Source: a virus | Lineage: Duplodnaviria > Caudoviricetes | Strand: one strand, 5' to 3' | Length of the DNA stretch: 42,041 bases | IMG/VR virus record: IMGVR_UViG_3300027790_000536 | Span: 1-42,041 of that record | Shown: one piece after another, positions 8,754-17,076 of the stretch | Numbering within the stretch: position 1 is the stretch's first letter | Layout: each line of letters begins with the position of its first letter | The notes under the pieces: generated by a model | The model's input: only the letters and a program-made list of their open reading frames with translations | Database searches by the model: none | What the model was told of the DNA's origin: nothing | Position numbers and translations under genes: made by a program

Positions 8754-9106
8754 TGGCCGGGCCGATTCCCACGCTCGGCTATCCCAGCCGGACCGCTGCG
8801 ATCGAGGCGTTGCGCTCGCAGCAGCTCGACACGCATGCGATCGCGCGCCGGCTCGGCATCAAACCCAAGGACGTCACCGCGCTGGAGGCTTCGAAGGACC
8901 GCACGCGCAAGCAGCGGGGCTTCGGCCAGATCAAACGCGGCGCCGAATGTTCGGTCGAAATCGCCGAGCACCTGAAGAAACAGCTGCGCCCGCATGCCGC
9001 GCGGCGCGACACAACTGTCGCCGCGCTGGCGCAGACCATTCTCGAAACCGTCGCCGAGAGCGACCTGGTCGACGCCGTCCTGGACGACGGCAAAGGAGGC
9101 ACGTGA
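8753..9106 (+). CDS. small DNA-binding protein (HTH plus RHH-like)
   Basis: TAATG coupling; THAIARRLGIKPKDV; LRPHAARRDTTVAALAQTIL. Confidence 0.65.
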   Translation: MAGPIPTLGYPSRTAAIEALRSQQLDTHAIARRLGIKPKDVTALEASKDRTRKQRGFGQIKRGAECSVEIAEHLKKQLRPHAARRDTTVAALAQTILETVAESDLVDAVLDDGKGGT

Positions 9107-9696
9107 TGAACACTCCGAAAACGGTACTGCAGGTCGAGCGCGAACGGCTCGACATCGTCGCCAGCATATATCATTCATGGTCAGGAGAAGATCCTTGCGG
9201 ACCGGTGATGCACTGCCTCGCTATTGCCGATGCGCCATCGCCGGTGAAGGACGCGATTTCACTGGGACTGATCTTAGGCGACCTCACGCGGGACGCCGGC
9301 GGGTTGATCGGCGATCTTTCGCTTACACCCGAAGGCCGACTGTTGCTTAGAAGGGTGCGCCGGCAACTCCGTCGAGAAGGGGTCGAGGGCGGCTGCCGGC
9401 TGCCGTCGTCGCTGTTGAGGCAATGCCGAATTTGCGGCTGCACTGACATAACAGCCTGTCAGCATGATGACGGCACGCCCTGTGCTTGGATGGATGACGA
9501 TCTCTGCACCGTCTGTGACGAACGCCTCGCGACGCTGCCAGAGCGCCTCGCAGCGTGCCTGGCCGAAGCGGTCGACACACCGCTGCTCGTCCTGAAGGAG
9601 CCGGACGGACATAGCGATCTGGAGCTCCGGCTCGCTCACTTCCGCCCCGACATCGCAAATCGCGCCGCCGAGCTGCTCGAGGAGGCAGGCAAGTGA
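9106..9696 (+). CDS. hypothetical protein with Cys-rich zinc-binding segment
   Basis: CRICGCTDITAC...CAWMDDDLCTVC; GGAGG RBS. Confidence 0.7.
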   Translation: MNTPKTVLQVERERLDIVASIYHSWSGEDPCGPVMHCLAIADAPSPVKDAISLGLILGDLTRDAGGLIGDLSLTPEGRLLLRRVRRQLRREGVEGGCRLPSSLLRQCRICGCTDITACQHDDGTPCAWMDDDLCTVCDERLATLPERLAACLAEAVDTPLLVLKEPDGHSDLELRLAHFRPDIANRAAELLEEAGK

Positions 9697-10322
9697 GCGC
9701 CCTCGCCAAGATCCACGTCGCGAAAAAGCAACTCGGTCTCGACGAGGACACCTATCGCGCCGTGCTGGTGCGGGCCGGCGGTCAGGCCTCGGCGAAGGGC
9801 ATGAGCGAAGCGCAGCTCGGCCGGGTGCTCGAAGAGTTCAAGCGGCTCGGCTTCAAGCCAACCGTCAAGGCTGCCTCGAACGGACGTCGAAAGGCGCTCG
9901 AAGGCAAGTTCGCGCCGAAGCTGCAGGCGCTGTGGATCGCCGGCTGGAACCTCGGCATCGTGCGCAACCGCGACGACAAGGCGCTGCTCGCCTTCGTCAA
10001 GCGGCAGACCGGTCTCGACCACACGCGATTCCTGCATCATCCCGAGGACGCGGCACGAGCGATCGAGGCGCTGAAAGGATGGCTCGCGCGCGAGGGCGGC
10101 GTCGACTGGAGCCCACCCGCCAACGGCTTCGTGCAGCTGAACGGCTACCGGATTGCCAAGGCGCAGTGGGTGCTGCTTGGAGGAGACCCGGCCGAGTTTC
10201 TGCAGGAGGCCTGCAGCATTGCCGGGCACAACAGCCCGTCGCTCCTTCAGCAGGAATCGGACTGGCAGCCGGGGATGAACGCGTTCGGCCGCCGTATCCG
10301 CGCGGCGAAGAAGGAGGCCTGA
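9693..10322 (+). CDS. gemA: GemA/gp16 (DUF1018) family protein
   Basis: LAKIHVAKKQLGLDEDTYRAVL...SAKGMS, KLQALW, IEALKGW. Confidence 0.9.
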   Translation: MSALAKIHVAKKQLGLDEDTYRAVLVRAGGQASAKGMSEAQLGRVLEEFKRLGFKPTVKAASNGRRKALEGKFAPKLQALWIAGWNLGIVRNRDDKALLAFVKRQTGLDHTRFLHHPEDAARAIEALKGWLAREGGVDWSPPANGFVQLNGYRIAKAQWVLLGGDPAEFLQEACSIAGHNSPSLLQQESDWQPGMNAFGRRIRAAKKEA

Positions 10323-10324
10323 CC

Positions 10325-10762
10325 ATGGTCGCCTATTCCTTCCGCCCGTTTTTCAGCTACCAGATCGAGAACCGGATCAAGCGGCAGACAGTGCGCGGCC
10401 AGCGCAAGCGGCATGCGCGTCCAGGTGAAGCCGTCCAGCTCTATCAGAGCATGCGCACCAGGCTCTGCCGCAAGCTTGTCACGCCGGATCCGGTATGCGT
10501 GTCGGTCGAGCCCATCGTGATTTCCGTCAGCGCGCTCATCGAGCCACTGATCGCCACAATCGAAATAGGCGGCCGATTCCTGCGCTTCGACGAGATCGAG
10601 GCTTTCGCGATCGCGGACGGCTTCGCGCCGGACGAGATGTGGCGCGCGGGGATCGATGACGCGGCCGCCAATGCTCGCGAGAACATGGGCCGCTTCTGGC
10701 GCGACAACCATGGCGAGGGCCGGTTCGTGGGCGTCCTGATAAAGTGGGAGCCGGCTGCGTGA
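10325..10762 (+). CDS. ASCH/PUA-like domain protein
   Basis: MVAYSF..F...I....KRQTVR..RKRHARPGE.VQLY..MRT..C; FA.ADGF; ends IKW. Confidence 0.7.
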   Translation: MVAYSFRPFFSYQIENRIKRQTVRGQRKRHARPGEAVQLYQSMRTRLCRKLVTPDPVCVSVEPIVISVSALIEPLIATIEIGGRFLRFDEIEAFAIADGFAPDEMWRAGIDDAAANARENMGRFWRDNHGEGRFVGVLIKWEPAA

Positions 10763-11028
10763 CCGACCCTGCACCGCACATTCGCGTCTCCGATCACGCC
10801 GTCCTGCGGTGGCTGGAACGCGGCTGCGGCGTGGATGTCGAAGAGATCCGCCGCACGATCGCGGCATGCTGCGCGCGCGGCATCGAGAGCGGCGCTCCTG
10901 TCATCATCGTCGGCGACGTCAAATTCGTTATCGTCGACGATGCCGTCGTTACGGCCCTGTCGAAGACCATGCGGGCGAAACGAAAGAAATCCGGCCGCCC
11001 TCATCCGCCGAGGCAGGGCGATGGCTAG
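10759..11028 (+). CDS. hypothetical protein (VSDHAVLRWLER type)
   Basis: GTGA coupling; motif recurrent in alphaproteobacterial phages. Confidence 0.7.
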   Translation: MTDPAPHIRVSDHAVLRWLERGCGVDVEEIRRTIAACCARGIESGAPVIIVGDVKFVIVDDAVVTALSKTMRAKRKKSGRPHPPRQGDG

Positions 11029-11392
11029 CAAGGCCGTCCGTCCTCCCGCGCATATCGCGCCGATCGTCGAGATCTTCGGCCAGGACCAGGCTGTCGAATT
11101 CCTGCTCGAGCATGGCGGCGGCTATCTCTATGTTTCGGAAAACCCGACTGCCCGCAATCCGGTGGCTCGCCGCTTCGGCCGTGACAAGGCGGTGAAGCTC
11201 GGCCAGGTCTACGGTCGCAACAACATCCGCGTGCCGACGGCGAAGAGCTGGATCATGCGCGTGCTCGCTTCCCGAGGCGTCGGCACACACCAGATTGCCA
11301 AAACGCTGCATGTCAGCGATGTTACGGTTCGACGCGTCATCGGCACGCGCGACAAGCTCCAGCTTAACCTGTTTCCGTCCGAGAGCGACTGA
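11021..11392 (+). CDS. Mor/C-like late transcription activator
   Basis: FLLEHGGGYLYV dimerisation-like motif, C-terminal HTH (QIAKTLHVSDVTVRR), last gene before lysis; ends QLNLFPSESD. Confidence 0.8.
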   Translation: MASKAVRPPAHIAPIVEIFGQDQAVEFLLEHGGGYLYVSENPTARNPVARRFGRDKAVKLGQVYGRNNIRVPTAKSWIMRVLASRGVGTHQIAKTLHVSDVTVRRVIGTRDKLQLNLFPSESD

Positions 11393-11393
11393 T

Positions 11394-11443
11394 CCACACA
11401 GCGTTGTGGAGTTAATTCCCGATATTGAAAGCCCATTGTCGGC
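11394..11443 (+). promoter_or_regulatory. late promoter P-lys: 17-bp dyad CCACACAGCGTTGTGGA plus CCATTGTCGGC (-10-like)
   Basis: identical 17-mer and equally spaced downstream element recur at 19568-19617. Confidence 0.8.
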
Positions 11444-11473
11444 CCGAAGAAACACGCTTCGGAGACCGCTTCG

Positions 11474-12463
11474 ATGAACATCGCCGACCGTTACGATCCA
11501 CGCCTGGTGCCGTATTCCGGCGGCCATGAGGGCAAGGTGCTGCGATGGTATCGCGATCCGACCGGCACCGGGACGATGGGCTTCGGGTTCACCTGGGCGT
11601 CCAGGATCTTCCGCGAGTGGTTCCTGAAAACGCGCGGCCGGAAGATGCAGCCCGGTGACACGATCACGGAGGAGGAGGCGCTCTACCTCCTGAAGCTGAT
11701 CATCGAGACCGAGTATCTTCCTCCGGTCCTGAAGGCGATCGACGCCGCCAAGGCGAGCGTCTCCAAGCACGCGGTCTCCGCCTCCACCGACATGACCTAC
11801 AATTGCGGTCCGGGCGCGCTCAAATGGTCCTGGTTCGCGAAGCTTCTGGCCGGCAATGTCGCCGAGGCCGCGCGCCGCTACAGTGTGACCGCACAGACCT
11901 CGAAAGGCCGCAAGCTGCCCGGCCTGGTGCGCCGCCGCAAGGAAGGCGCGCTGATCCTCGAGCACAATATCTGGCCGAGCTGGGTCAAGGCGCCGAAGAC
12001 GATGGCGACGAGCGAGGATGTGAAGGCCGCCCTGCCTGACTGGCGGCTGCTGCCCGAGGATCATGAACAGGGCCTCGCCTGGCTGAAGCAGCTCGGCTAT
12101 TTCGACGGTCTGATCCCGACCGGTGACACGGACGCCGTGAAGGCCGCCGTTCTCGCCTTCCAGAAAGAGCATCCGCAGCTCACGAATGACGGCATCCTCG
12201 GCCGAGCGACGCTCGACCAGCTGCAGCGCGTCATCGACCTGAAGAAGAAGGCGGCGACCACCGGCGCGTCCGGCGGCGCATCGACAGCGGCTGGCGGTGC
12301 CGAGACGGCCACACGGACCGATGTCACCGGCATACCCGACATCCTGATCTGGGGCGGCGTCGCCATCCTCGTCGTCGGCGGCGCCTGGCTCGCCTGGCGA
12401 TACCGCGACGAGCTTTCGATCGCCGTTCGAAGCCTCTTCAAAGCCAAGGGAACACGCTCATGA
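11474..12463 (+). CDS. endolysin: GH24-like lysozyme, peptidoglycan-binding domain and C-terminal TM helix
   Basis: HEG..LRWYRDPTGTGTMGFG (E-x8-D-x5-T), YNCG, LPGLVRRRKE, AVLAFQ..H..L..DGILGRAT, ILIWGGVAILVVGGAWLAW. Confidence 0.88.
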   Translation: MNIADRYDPRLVPYSGGHEGKVLRWYRDPTGTGTMGFGFTWASRIFREWFLKTRGRKMQPGDTITEEEALYLLKLIIETEYLPPVLKAIDAAKASVSKHAVSASTDMTYNCGPGALKWSWFAKLLAGNVAEAARRYSVTAQTSKGRKLPGLVRRRKEGALILEHNIWPSWVKAPKTMATSEDVKAALPDWRLLPEDHEQGLAWLKQLGYFDGLIPTGDTDAVKAAVLAFQKEHPQLTNDGILGRATLDQLQRVIDLKKKAATTGASGGASTAAGGAETATRTDVTGIPDILIWGGVAILVVGGAWLAWRYRDELSIAVRSLFKAKGTRS

Positions 12464-13011
12464 GCGCGATAGGAGCCGTTATCGCCGCGGCGGCCGCCAA
12501 GGTCGGCGCCGGCATGGTCAAGTCGGTGATCGAGAACCGACTCGGCGCGGGCGCCGGACAGATCGCCGGCGATCTCGCAGGCAACGTGATCGAGACGGTC
12601 GCGCGCAAGGCGGGCGTCGAGCCGATCGAACTGCCGGATCTCGCGGAGGACAACCCGGCGGCGGTGGAACGCGCCGTCCAGGAGACCGAGGCGGCGATGC
12701 CCGAGCTGATCGCCCTGTGGCAGGCGGGCCTCGAGGGCCAGTTCGCCCTGCTGCAGACGGAGACGAAGGAAGGCGGGCTGAAGTCCTTCTGGCGCTACGG
12801 CTGGATGTACCTCCTCGCGGTCTTCTGGATCTGGCGGATCATGGTTCTGCCGATCGTCAATGCGCGCATCGCCATTCCCGTCGAGGCCGTCGACTTCGCC
12901 GTGCTGCTGACGCTGACCTCCTGGTTCATGGCCCTCTATATGGGCGGCCACACCGTGAAGGAACTCGGCAAGAGCGCGATCGAGGCCATGCGCGCCCGGA
13001 AGGGATCGTGA
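12460..13011 (+). CDS. putative holin (3TM/GTA-holin-like)
   Basis: WRYGWMYLL...W and a second TM helix ending YMGGHTVKE; follows the endolysin. Confidence 0.65.
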   Translation: MSAIGAVIAAAAAKVGAGMVKSVIENRLGAGAGQIAGDLAGNVIETVARKAGVEPIELPDLAEDNPAAVERAVQETEAAMPELIALWQAGLEGQFALLQTETKEGGLKSFWRYGWMYLLAVFWIWRIMVLPIVNARIAIPVEAVDFAVLLTLTSWFMALYMGGHTVKELGKSAIEAMRARKGS

Positions 13012-13409
13012 TGACCGAGACGGCTCGCATACCCGCCGAGATGCTCGACCGGCTCGCCTCCGACGCCTTCGCCGTCCTCAACTGGGCCCGGCGCATGGGC
13101 ATGCCGAAGGCCGTCCAGATCGAGGAGACGGTCAAAGCTTTCGAGGTGGCGCTCGGTTACCGGCAGCCGCCGGATTGCGAGGACGGCGCCCTGAAGCCCG
13201 GCGACAACGGCGAAGAGGTCACTGCCCTGCAATCGGAGCTTTCCGAGTTGGGCATCGGTGTCACCGTCAACGGCGCCTATGACGACGAGACGCGGGTGGC
13301 GGTCGAGCAGTTCCAGACCGCACTCGGCATGGTGCCGCACGGTTTCGCGACGAAGCTCACCCGCGAACGCCTAAGTGAATGCGTCCGCTGCAACAAGACG
13401 GATCACTGA
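13011..13409 (+). CDS. peptidoglycan-binding domain protein
   Basis: LKPGDNGEEVTALQSEL...NGAYDDETRVAVEQFQ..LGM..HG. Confidence 0.75.
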   Translation: MTETARIPAEMLDRLASDAFAVLNWARRMGMPKAVQIEETVKAFEVALGYRQPPDCEDGALKPGDNGEEVTALQSELSELGIGVTVNGAYDDETRVAVEQFQTALGMVPHGFATKLTRERLSECVRCNKTDH

Positions 13410-13410
13410 G

Positions 13411-13770
13411 ATGCGCGCCTGGCTGTTCTATCCACTCGCCCTCGTCGTTGCCGTTTTCGCTTTCGGCGCGATCCTTTCCGTCTACCCGGCACTTCCGGCG
13501 ACCGATCCGAAGCCGGGCGCGCCGACCCAGCTCGCCTGCTACTCGATCGAGGCGCTCGCGGCCTTTGCCGCGCAGCGCGGCGAGGCTGTGGTCTTCACCG
13601 GCGCGGCGCCGGGCGGGCTTTCGCTGGTCCTTTTCGCAAACGATGACGGCGGCTGGACCGCCGCTGATCTCGACACCGACGGGGTCGCCTGCGTCATCGC
13701 GACCGGCACTCGGGGCCGCATGCCGGACGGACCCGTCTTCATTCCGCTCATACCGGAGAAACCCGCTTGA
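13411..13770 (+). CDS. secreted or membrane-anchored hypothetical protein
   Basis: N-terminal hydrophobic helix; C...GE....G...GGWT...GVACVIATG. Confidence 0.7.
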   Translation: MRAWLFYPLALVVAVFAFGAILSVYPALPATDPKPGAPTQLACYSIEALAAFAAQRGEAVVFTGAAPGGLSLVLFANDDGGWTAADLDTDGVACVIATGTRGRMPDGPVFIPLIPEKPA

Positions 13771-13792
13771 AACACTCGCACGGAAACGCCTG

Positions 13793-14119
13793 ATGGATCT
13801 CGCTCAACTCATACCCTGGGTGACGGCCGCACTGGCGATCATCGCCCTGCTCGGCCACGCCAAGACCTTTTTCGGTTCCGACGCGAAAGAGAACGCCGAG
13901 GATATCCGATCGGTCAAGGCGGCGGTCGACGATCACGCGCTGCGTTTGCAGGCGCTCGAGGCCGAAATGCGGCATCTGCCCGCCAAGGACGACGTCACCG
14001 AACTGAAGATCGCCATGGCGGAGATCAAGGGCTCTGTCGCCGTCTTCAACGAGGGGATGGGCTCGCTGTCGCGCACCGTCCGCCGCATTGAAGAGTATCT
14101 GATGAAGGATCCGAAATAG
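13793..14119 (+). CDS. DUF2730 / Mu gp25-like protein
   Basis: TM plus coiled coil, LE.EM.HLP..DD...L, ends IEEYL. Confidence 0.75.
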   Translation: MDLAQLIPWVTAALAIIALLGHAKTFFGSDAKENAEDIRSVKAAVDDHALRLQALEAEMRHLPAKDDVTELKIAMAEIKGSVAVFNEGMGSLSRTVRRIEEYLMKDPK

Positions 14120-14419
14120 GTGAGCTACGAACAGCATCTCGCCGAGGACGCGCGAATGATCGTCCTGAAGGAGCTGGCGCTACAGACGGATCGGCGGTTG
14201 AACGAATCCGTGCTCGGTGCCGTGCTTGACACGTTCGGTCACCGGCGGTCGCGCGAATGGGTCCGCACCCAGCTGCGCGCCCTCAAGGAACTCGGCGCAG
14301 TCACGCTGCACGAGGCCGGCACCATCTTCGTCGTCGAACTGACCCAGCTCGGGCTGGATCACGTGGACAGCCGCGCGATCATCGACGGCATCCGGCGGCC
14401 TTCCCCGGCGAGGGGATAG
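14120..14419 (+). CDS. Mu gp26-like winged-helix protein
   Basis: EDAR..VLKEL...LNES, SREWVRTQL..L.ELGAV, LT..G.D.V....I.GI.RPSP. Confidence 0.8.
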   Translation: MSYEQHLAEDARMIVLKELALQTDRRLNESVLGAVLDTFGHRRSREWVRTQLRALKELGAVTLHEAGTIFVVELTQLGLDHVDSRAIIDGIRRPSPARG

Positions 14420-14422
14420 GCC

Positions 14423-15028
14423 ATGGCGGCAAAGAGCGCATCGAACAGGCGCAGGGGCCGCGGCCGCCTGACTGCGATCGAGCAGCTGCCCTCCGAGTGC
14501 GACGAGATCATCGCCTGGGCGTCCAACGAGCTCCGCTCGCGCGACCGCACCCAGAAGGAGATCTACGAGGAGTTCTTCGGGAAGCTGCAAGCGCTTCAGG
14601 TCGAGCATCACGGGGAGCTGGAATTCGCGATCCCGTCGTTTTCGGCGTTCAACCGCTTCTCGGTTCGACTCGCCGCGATGACACGCCGCCTCGAGGAGAC
14701 GCGCGAGATCGCCGGCGCCATCTCCGAGCGCTTCGACGCGTCGGCCTCCGACGACCTGACGCTGATCGCCGCCGAGGCGATCAAGACTCTGGTCTTCGAG
14801 ATCCTGACCGATGCCGGCGAGAGCGGCGTCGATCCTAAGGGGGCGATGAACCTCGCCAATGCGCTGCGTTCGGCGGCGCAGGCGCAGAACGTCTCGACGG
14901 CGCGCCGCGAGCGCATCGAGAAACAGTTCGCCGACCAGGTCGACGATGCCGTCGAGAAGGTCGCGAAGGTGAAGGGCCTCTCGGAAGAGACGGTCGAGGC
15001 AATCAAATCGCAGATCCTTGGAGTCTGA
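14423..15028 (+). CDS. DUF3486 / Mu gp27, putative terminase small subunit
   Basis: RGRGRLTAIEQLP, S.SAFNR, GLSEETVEAIKSQILGV. Confidence 0.85.
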   Translation: MAAKSASNRRRGRGRLTAIEQLPSECDEIIAWASNELRSRDRTQKEIYEEFFGKLQALQVEHHGELEFAIPSFSAFNRFSVRLAAMTRRLEETREIAGAISERFDASASDDLTLIAAEAIKTLVFEILTDAGESGVDPKGAMNLANALRSAAQAQNVSTARRERIEKQFADQVDDAVEKVAKVKGLSEETVEAIKSQILGV

Positions 15029-15030
15029 TC

Positions 15031-15213
15031 ATGGCGGATATTCTGCTCGCAACGCTCATCCTTGTCGCCGGCCTGTTCGTGCTGTTCGTCAGCCTGCTCG
15101 CTGGCGCCAACGTGCCGATCCCGGGTCAGGGCCCGAGCATGCGCGGCCCGATGATCGTCGGCGGTGCGCTGACACTCGGTGGCGTTCTCTGGTGGGCGCA
15201 GATCTTAAGCTGA
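15031..15213 (+). CDS. small two-TM membrane protein
   Basis: two hydrophobic helices; GGAG RBS. Confidence 0.6.
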   Translation: MADILLATLILVAGLFVLFVSLLAGANVPIPGQGPSMRGPMIVGGALTLGGVLWWAQILS

Positions 15214-15224
15214 AGGAGAGCCCA

Positions 15225-15404
15225 ATGACCCATGTGAAAATCGGTGACGTGATCGACGTTACGGTGAAGCCGGCATCTGGCGAACCACGACGGCGCGAGG
15301 GTGAAGTGTTCGCCATCGATGGCGAGTCCCTGAAGCTTGAGGTTCGCGCGCCGGGGACGCCGCGGGATCCGTACACGGTGACGCGTCAGGCTCCGAACGC
15401 CTGA
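15225..15404 (+). CDS. small hypothetical protein (beta-rich, SH3-like)
   Basis: AAGGAG RBS; MTHVKIGDVIDVTV...EGEVFAIDG. Confidence 0.6.
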   Translation: MTHVKIGDVIDVTVKPASGEPRRREGEVFAIDGESLKLEVRAPGTPRDPYTVTRQAPNA

Positions 15405-15408
15405 TCCG

Positions 15409-17076
15409 ATGAACGCGCCAATCTCCAAAGCTGAATGGGAAAGGCTGCGGCGCGAAAGCACCGCCTCGATCGACACGCTCGTCGAGGAGATTGGCCTGCC
15501 CAAGGTGCTGCTGCCCTACCAGGCACGCACCGTGGAGCTGCTGGAGACCACCGGCGTGCGTGTCCTCTTCGTCGAGAAATCGCGCCGGATCGGGCTGACC
15601 TGGGCGCTTGCCGCCTATCTCGTTCTTCGCGCCGGCCGCGAGAAGAAATCGGGCGGAATGGACGGCATGTATATCTCCTATTCGCAGGAGATGACGCGCG
15701 AGTTCATCGACGCCTGCGCCATGTGGGCGCGCGCCTTTGCCGTCGCGGCCGCTGGTCAGGACGAGTTTCTGTTCGAGGATCAAAATCCGAACGATCCGGG
15801 CGAGACGCGCCAAATCCAGGCATTCCGGATCCGGTTTGCGTCTGGCTTCGAGATCATCGCGCTGTCATCGGCACCGCGATCGCTGCGCGGCAAGCAGGGC
15901 GTCGTCGTGATCGACGAGGCGGCCTTCGTCGACAGCCTGCCGGAACTCCTCAAATCGGCGTTGGCCTTCCTGATGTGGGGCGGCCAGGTCGTGGTTTGCT
16001 CGACGCATAACGGCGCGGAGAACGAGTTCAACGTCAAGGTCCAGGACATTCTCGGCGACCGGCTTCCCTATGCGCATCTGCATGTCGATTTCGACGAGGC
16101 GCTGCAGGACGGGCTCTATCAGCGCATCTGCCTGGTCACGGGCGAGACCTGGACGCCGGAGGCCGAGGCGGCCTGGCGTCAGGACATCATCGACTTCTAT
16201 GCCGACGGCGCCGACGAGGAGCTGTTCTGCATTCCGAGCCAGGGTTCCGGCGCCTGGCTGACCACGCCGCTGATCGAGGCACGCATGACGGTCGACAAGC
16301 CGGTGCTGCGGCTGGAACTGCCGAACGACTATCTGCACAGGTCGCCGGTGGAACGCGCCTCGCTGATGACGCCGTTTATGGAGGAACTGGAAGAGCAGCT
16401 GGACGCGATCGACATGTCGCTGCTCTACGGCTTCGGTTTCGACTTCGGCCGTGTCGCCGACCTGACGATCGGCGATCTTCTGGCCATCGAGGACAATCTC
16501 GACCGGACGGAGGCGCTCTGCTTCGAGCTGCGCAACGTTCCAGGCGACGAGCAGAAGATGATTACCCGCACCGTGTTGAAGCGGGTGCGGCCCCGCCTCG
16601 TCGGCGCGGCTTTCGACGCGACCGGCATGGGCTGGACCGTCGCCGAGGACATGGGCCGCGAGTTCGGGATCCGCGAGACCGAGGACGGCACCGGCATCGT
16701 ATGGGCGGTGAAGTTCACGCAGGACTGGTACCGCGTGCACATGCCGCCCCTGAAGACGCGGTTCGAGGATGACGGGCTGGCGCTGATCAAGGACGCCCAC
16801 CACGTCAACGATTTGCGCATGGTCAAACTGGTGCGCGGCATTCCCCGCGTGCCGGACCTGCGCGAGGGCGAGGCCGGCAAGAAGCGCCACGGCGACTTCG
16901 CGATTTCGTTGGCGCTGGCCGATTTCGCGACGCGCATGCAGTGGCGCGAATATGACTACGAACCCGTTCCGGCTACCCGCACCAAGTTCGACGAACGCCG
17001 CTACGACGATGACGGCCGCAACGATGCCGGCGGGTTTCGCCTGGCCAGCATGCGCAACAACCGAGGACTGTTCTGA
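15409..17076 (+). CDS. terL: terminase large subunit (Mu gp28-like)
   Basis: LLPYQ, EKSRRIGLTW, LRGKQG..VIDEAAF, GFDFGR, DATGMG, HGDFA. Confidence 0.95.
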   Translation: MNAPISKAEWERLRRESTASIDTLVEEIGLPKVLLPYQARTVELLETTGVRVLFVEKSRRIGLTWALAAYLVLRAGREKKSGGMDGMYISYSQEMTREFIDACAMWARAFAVAAAGQDEFLFEDQNPNDPGETRQIQAFRIRFASGFEIIALSSAPRSLRGKQGVVVIDEAAFVDSLPELLKSALAFLMWGGQVVVCSTHNGAENEFNVKVQDILGDRLPYAHLHVDFDEALQDGLYQRICLVTGETWTPEAEAAWRQDIIDFYADGADEELFCIPSQGSGAWLTTPLIEARMTVDKPVLRLELPNDYLHRSPVERASLMTPFMEELEEQLDAIDMSLLYGFGFDFGRVADLTIGDLLAIEDNLDRTEALCFELRNVPGDEQKMITRTVLKRVRPRLVGAAFDATGMGWTVAEDMGREFGIRETEDGTGIVWAVKFTQDWYRVHMPPLKTRFEDDGLALIKDAHHVNDLRMVKLVRGIPRVPDLREGEAGKKRHGDFAISLALADFATRMQWREYDYEPVPATRTKFDERRYDDDGRNDAGGFRLASMRNNRGLF

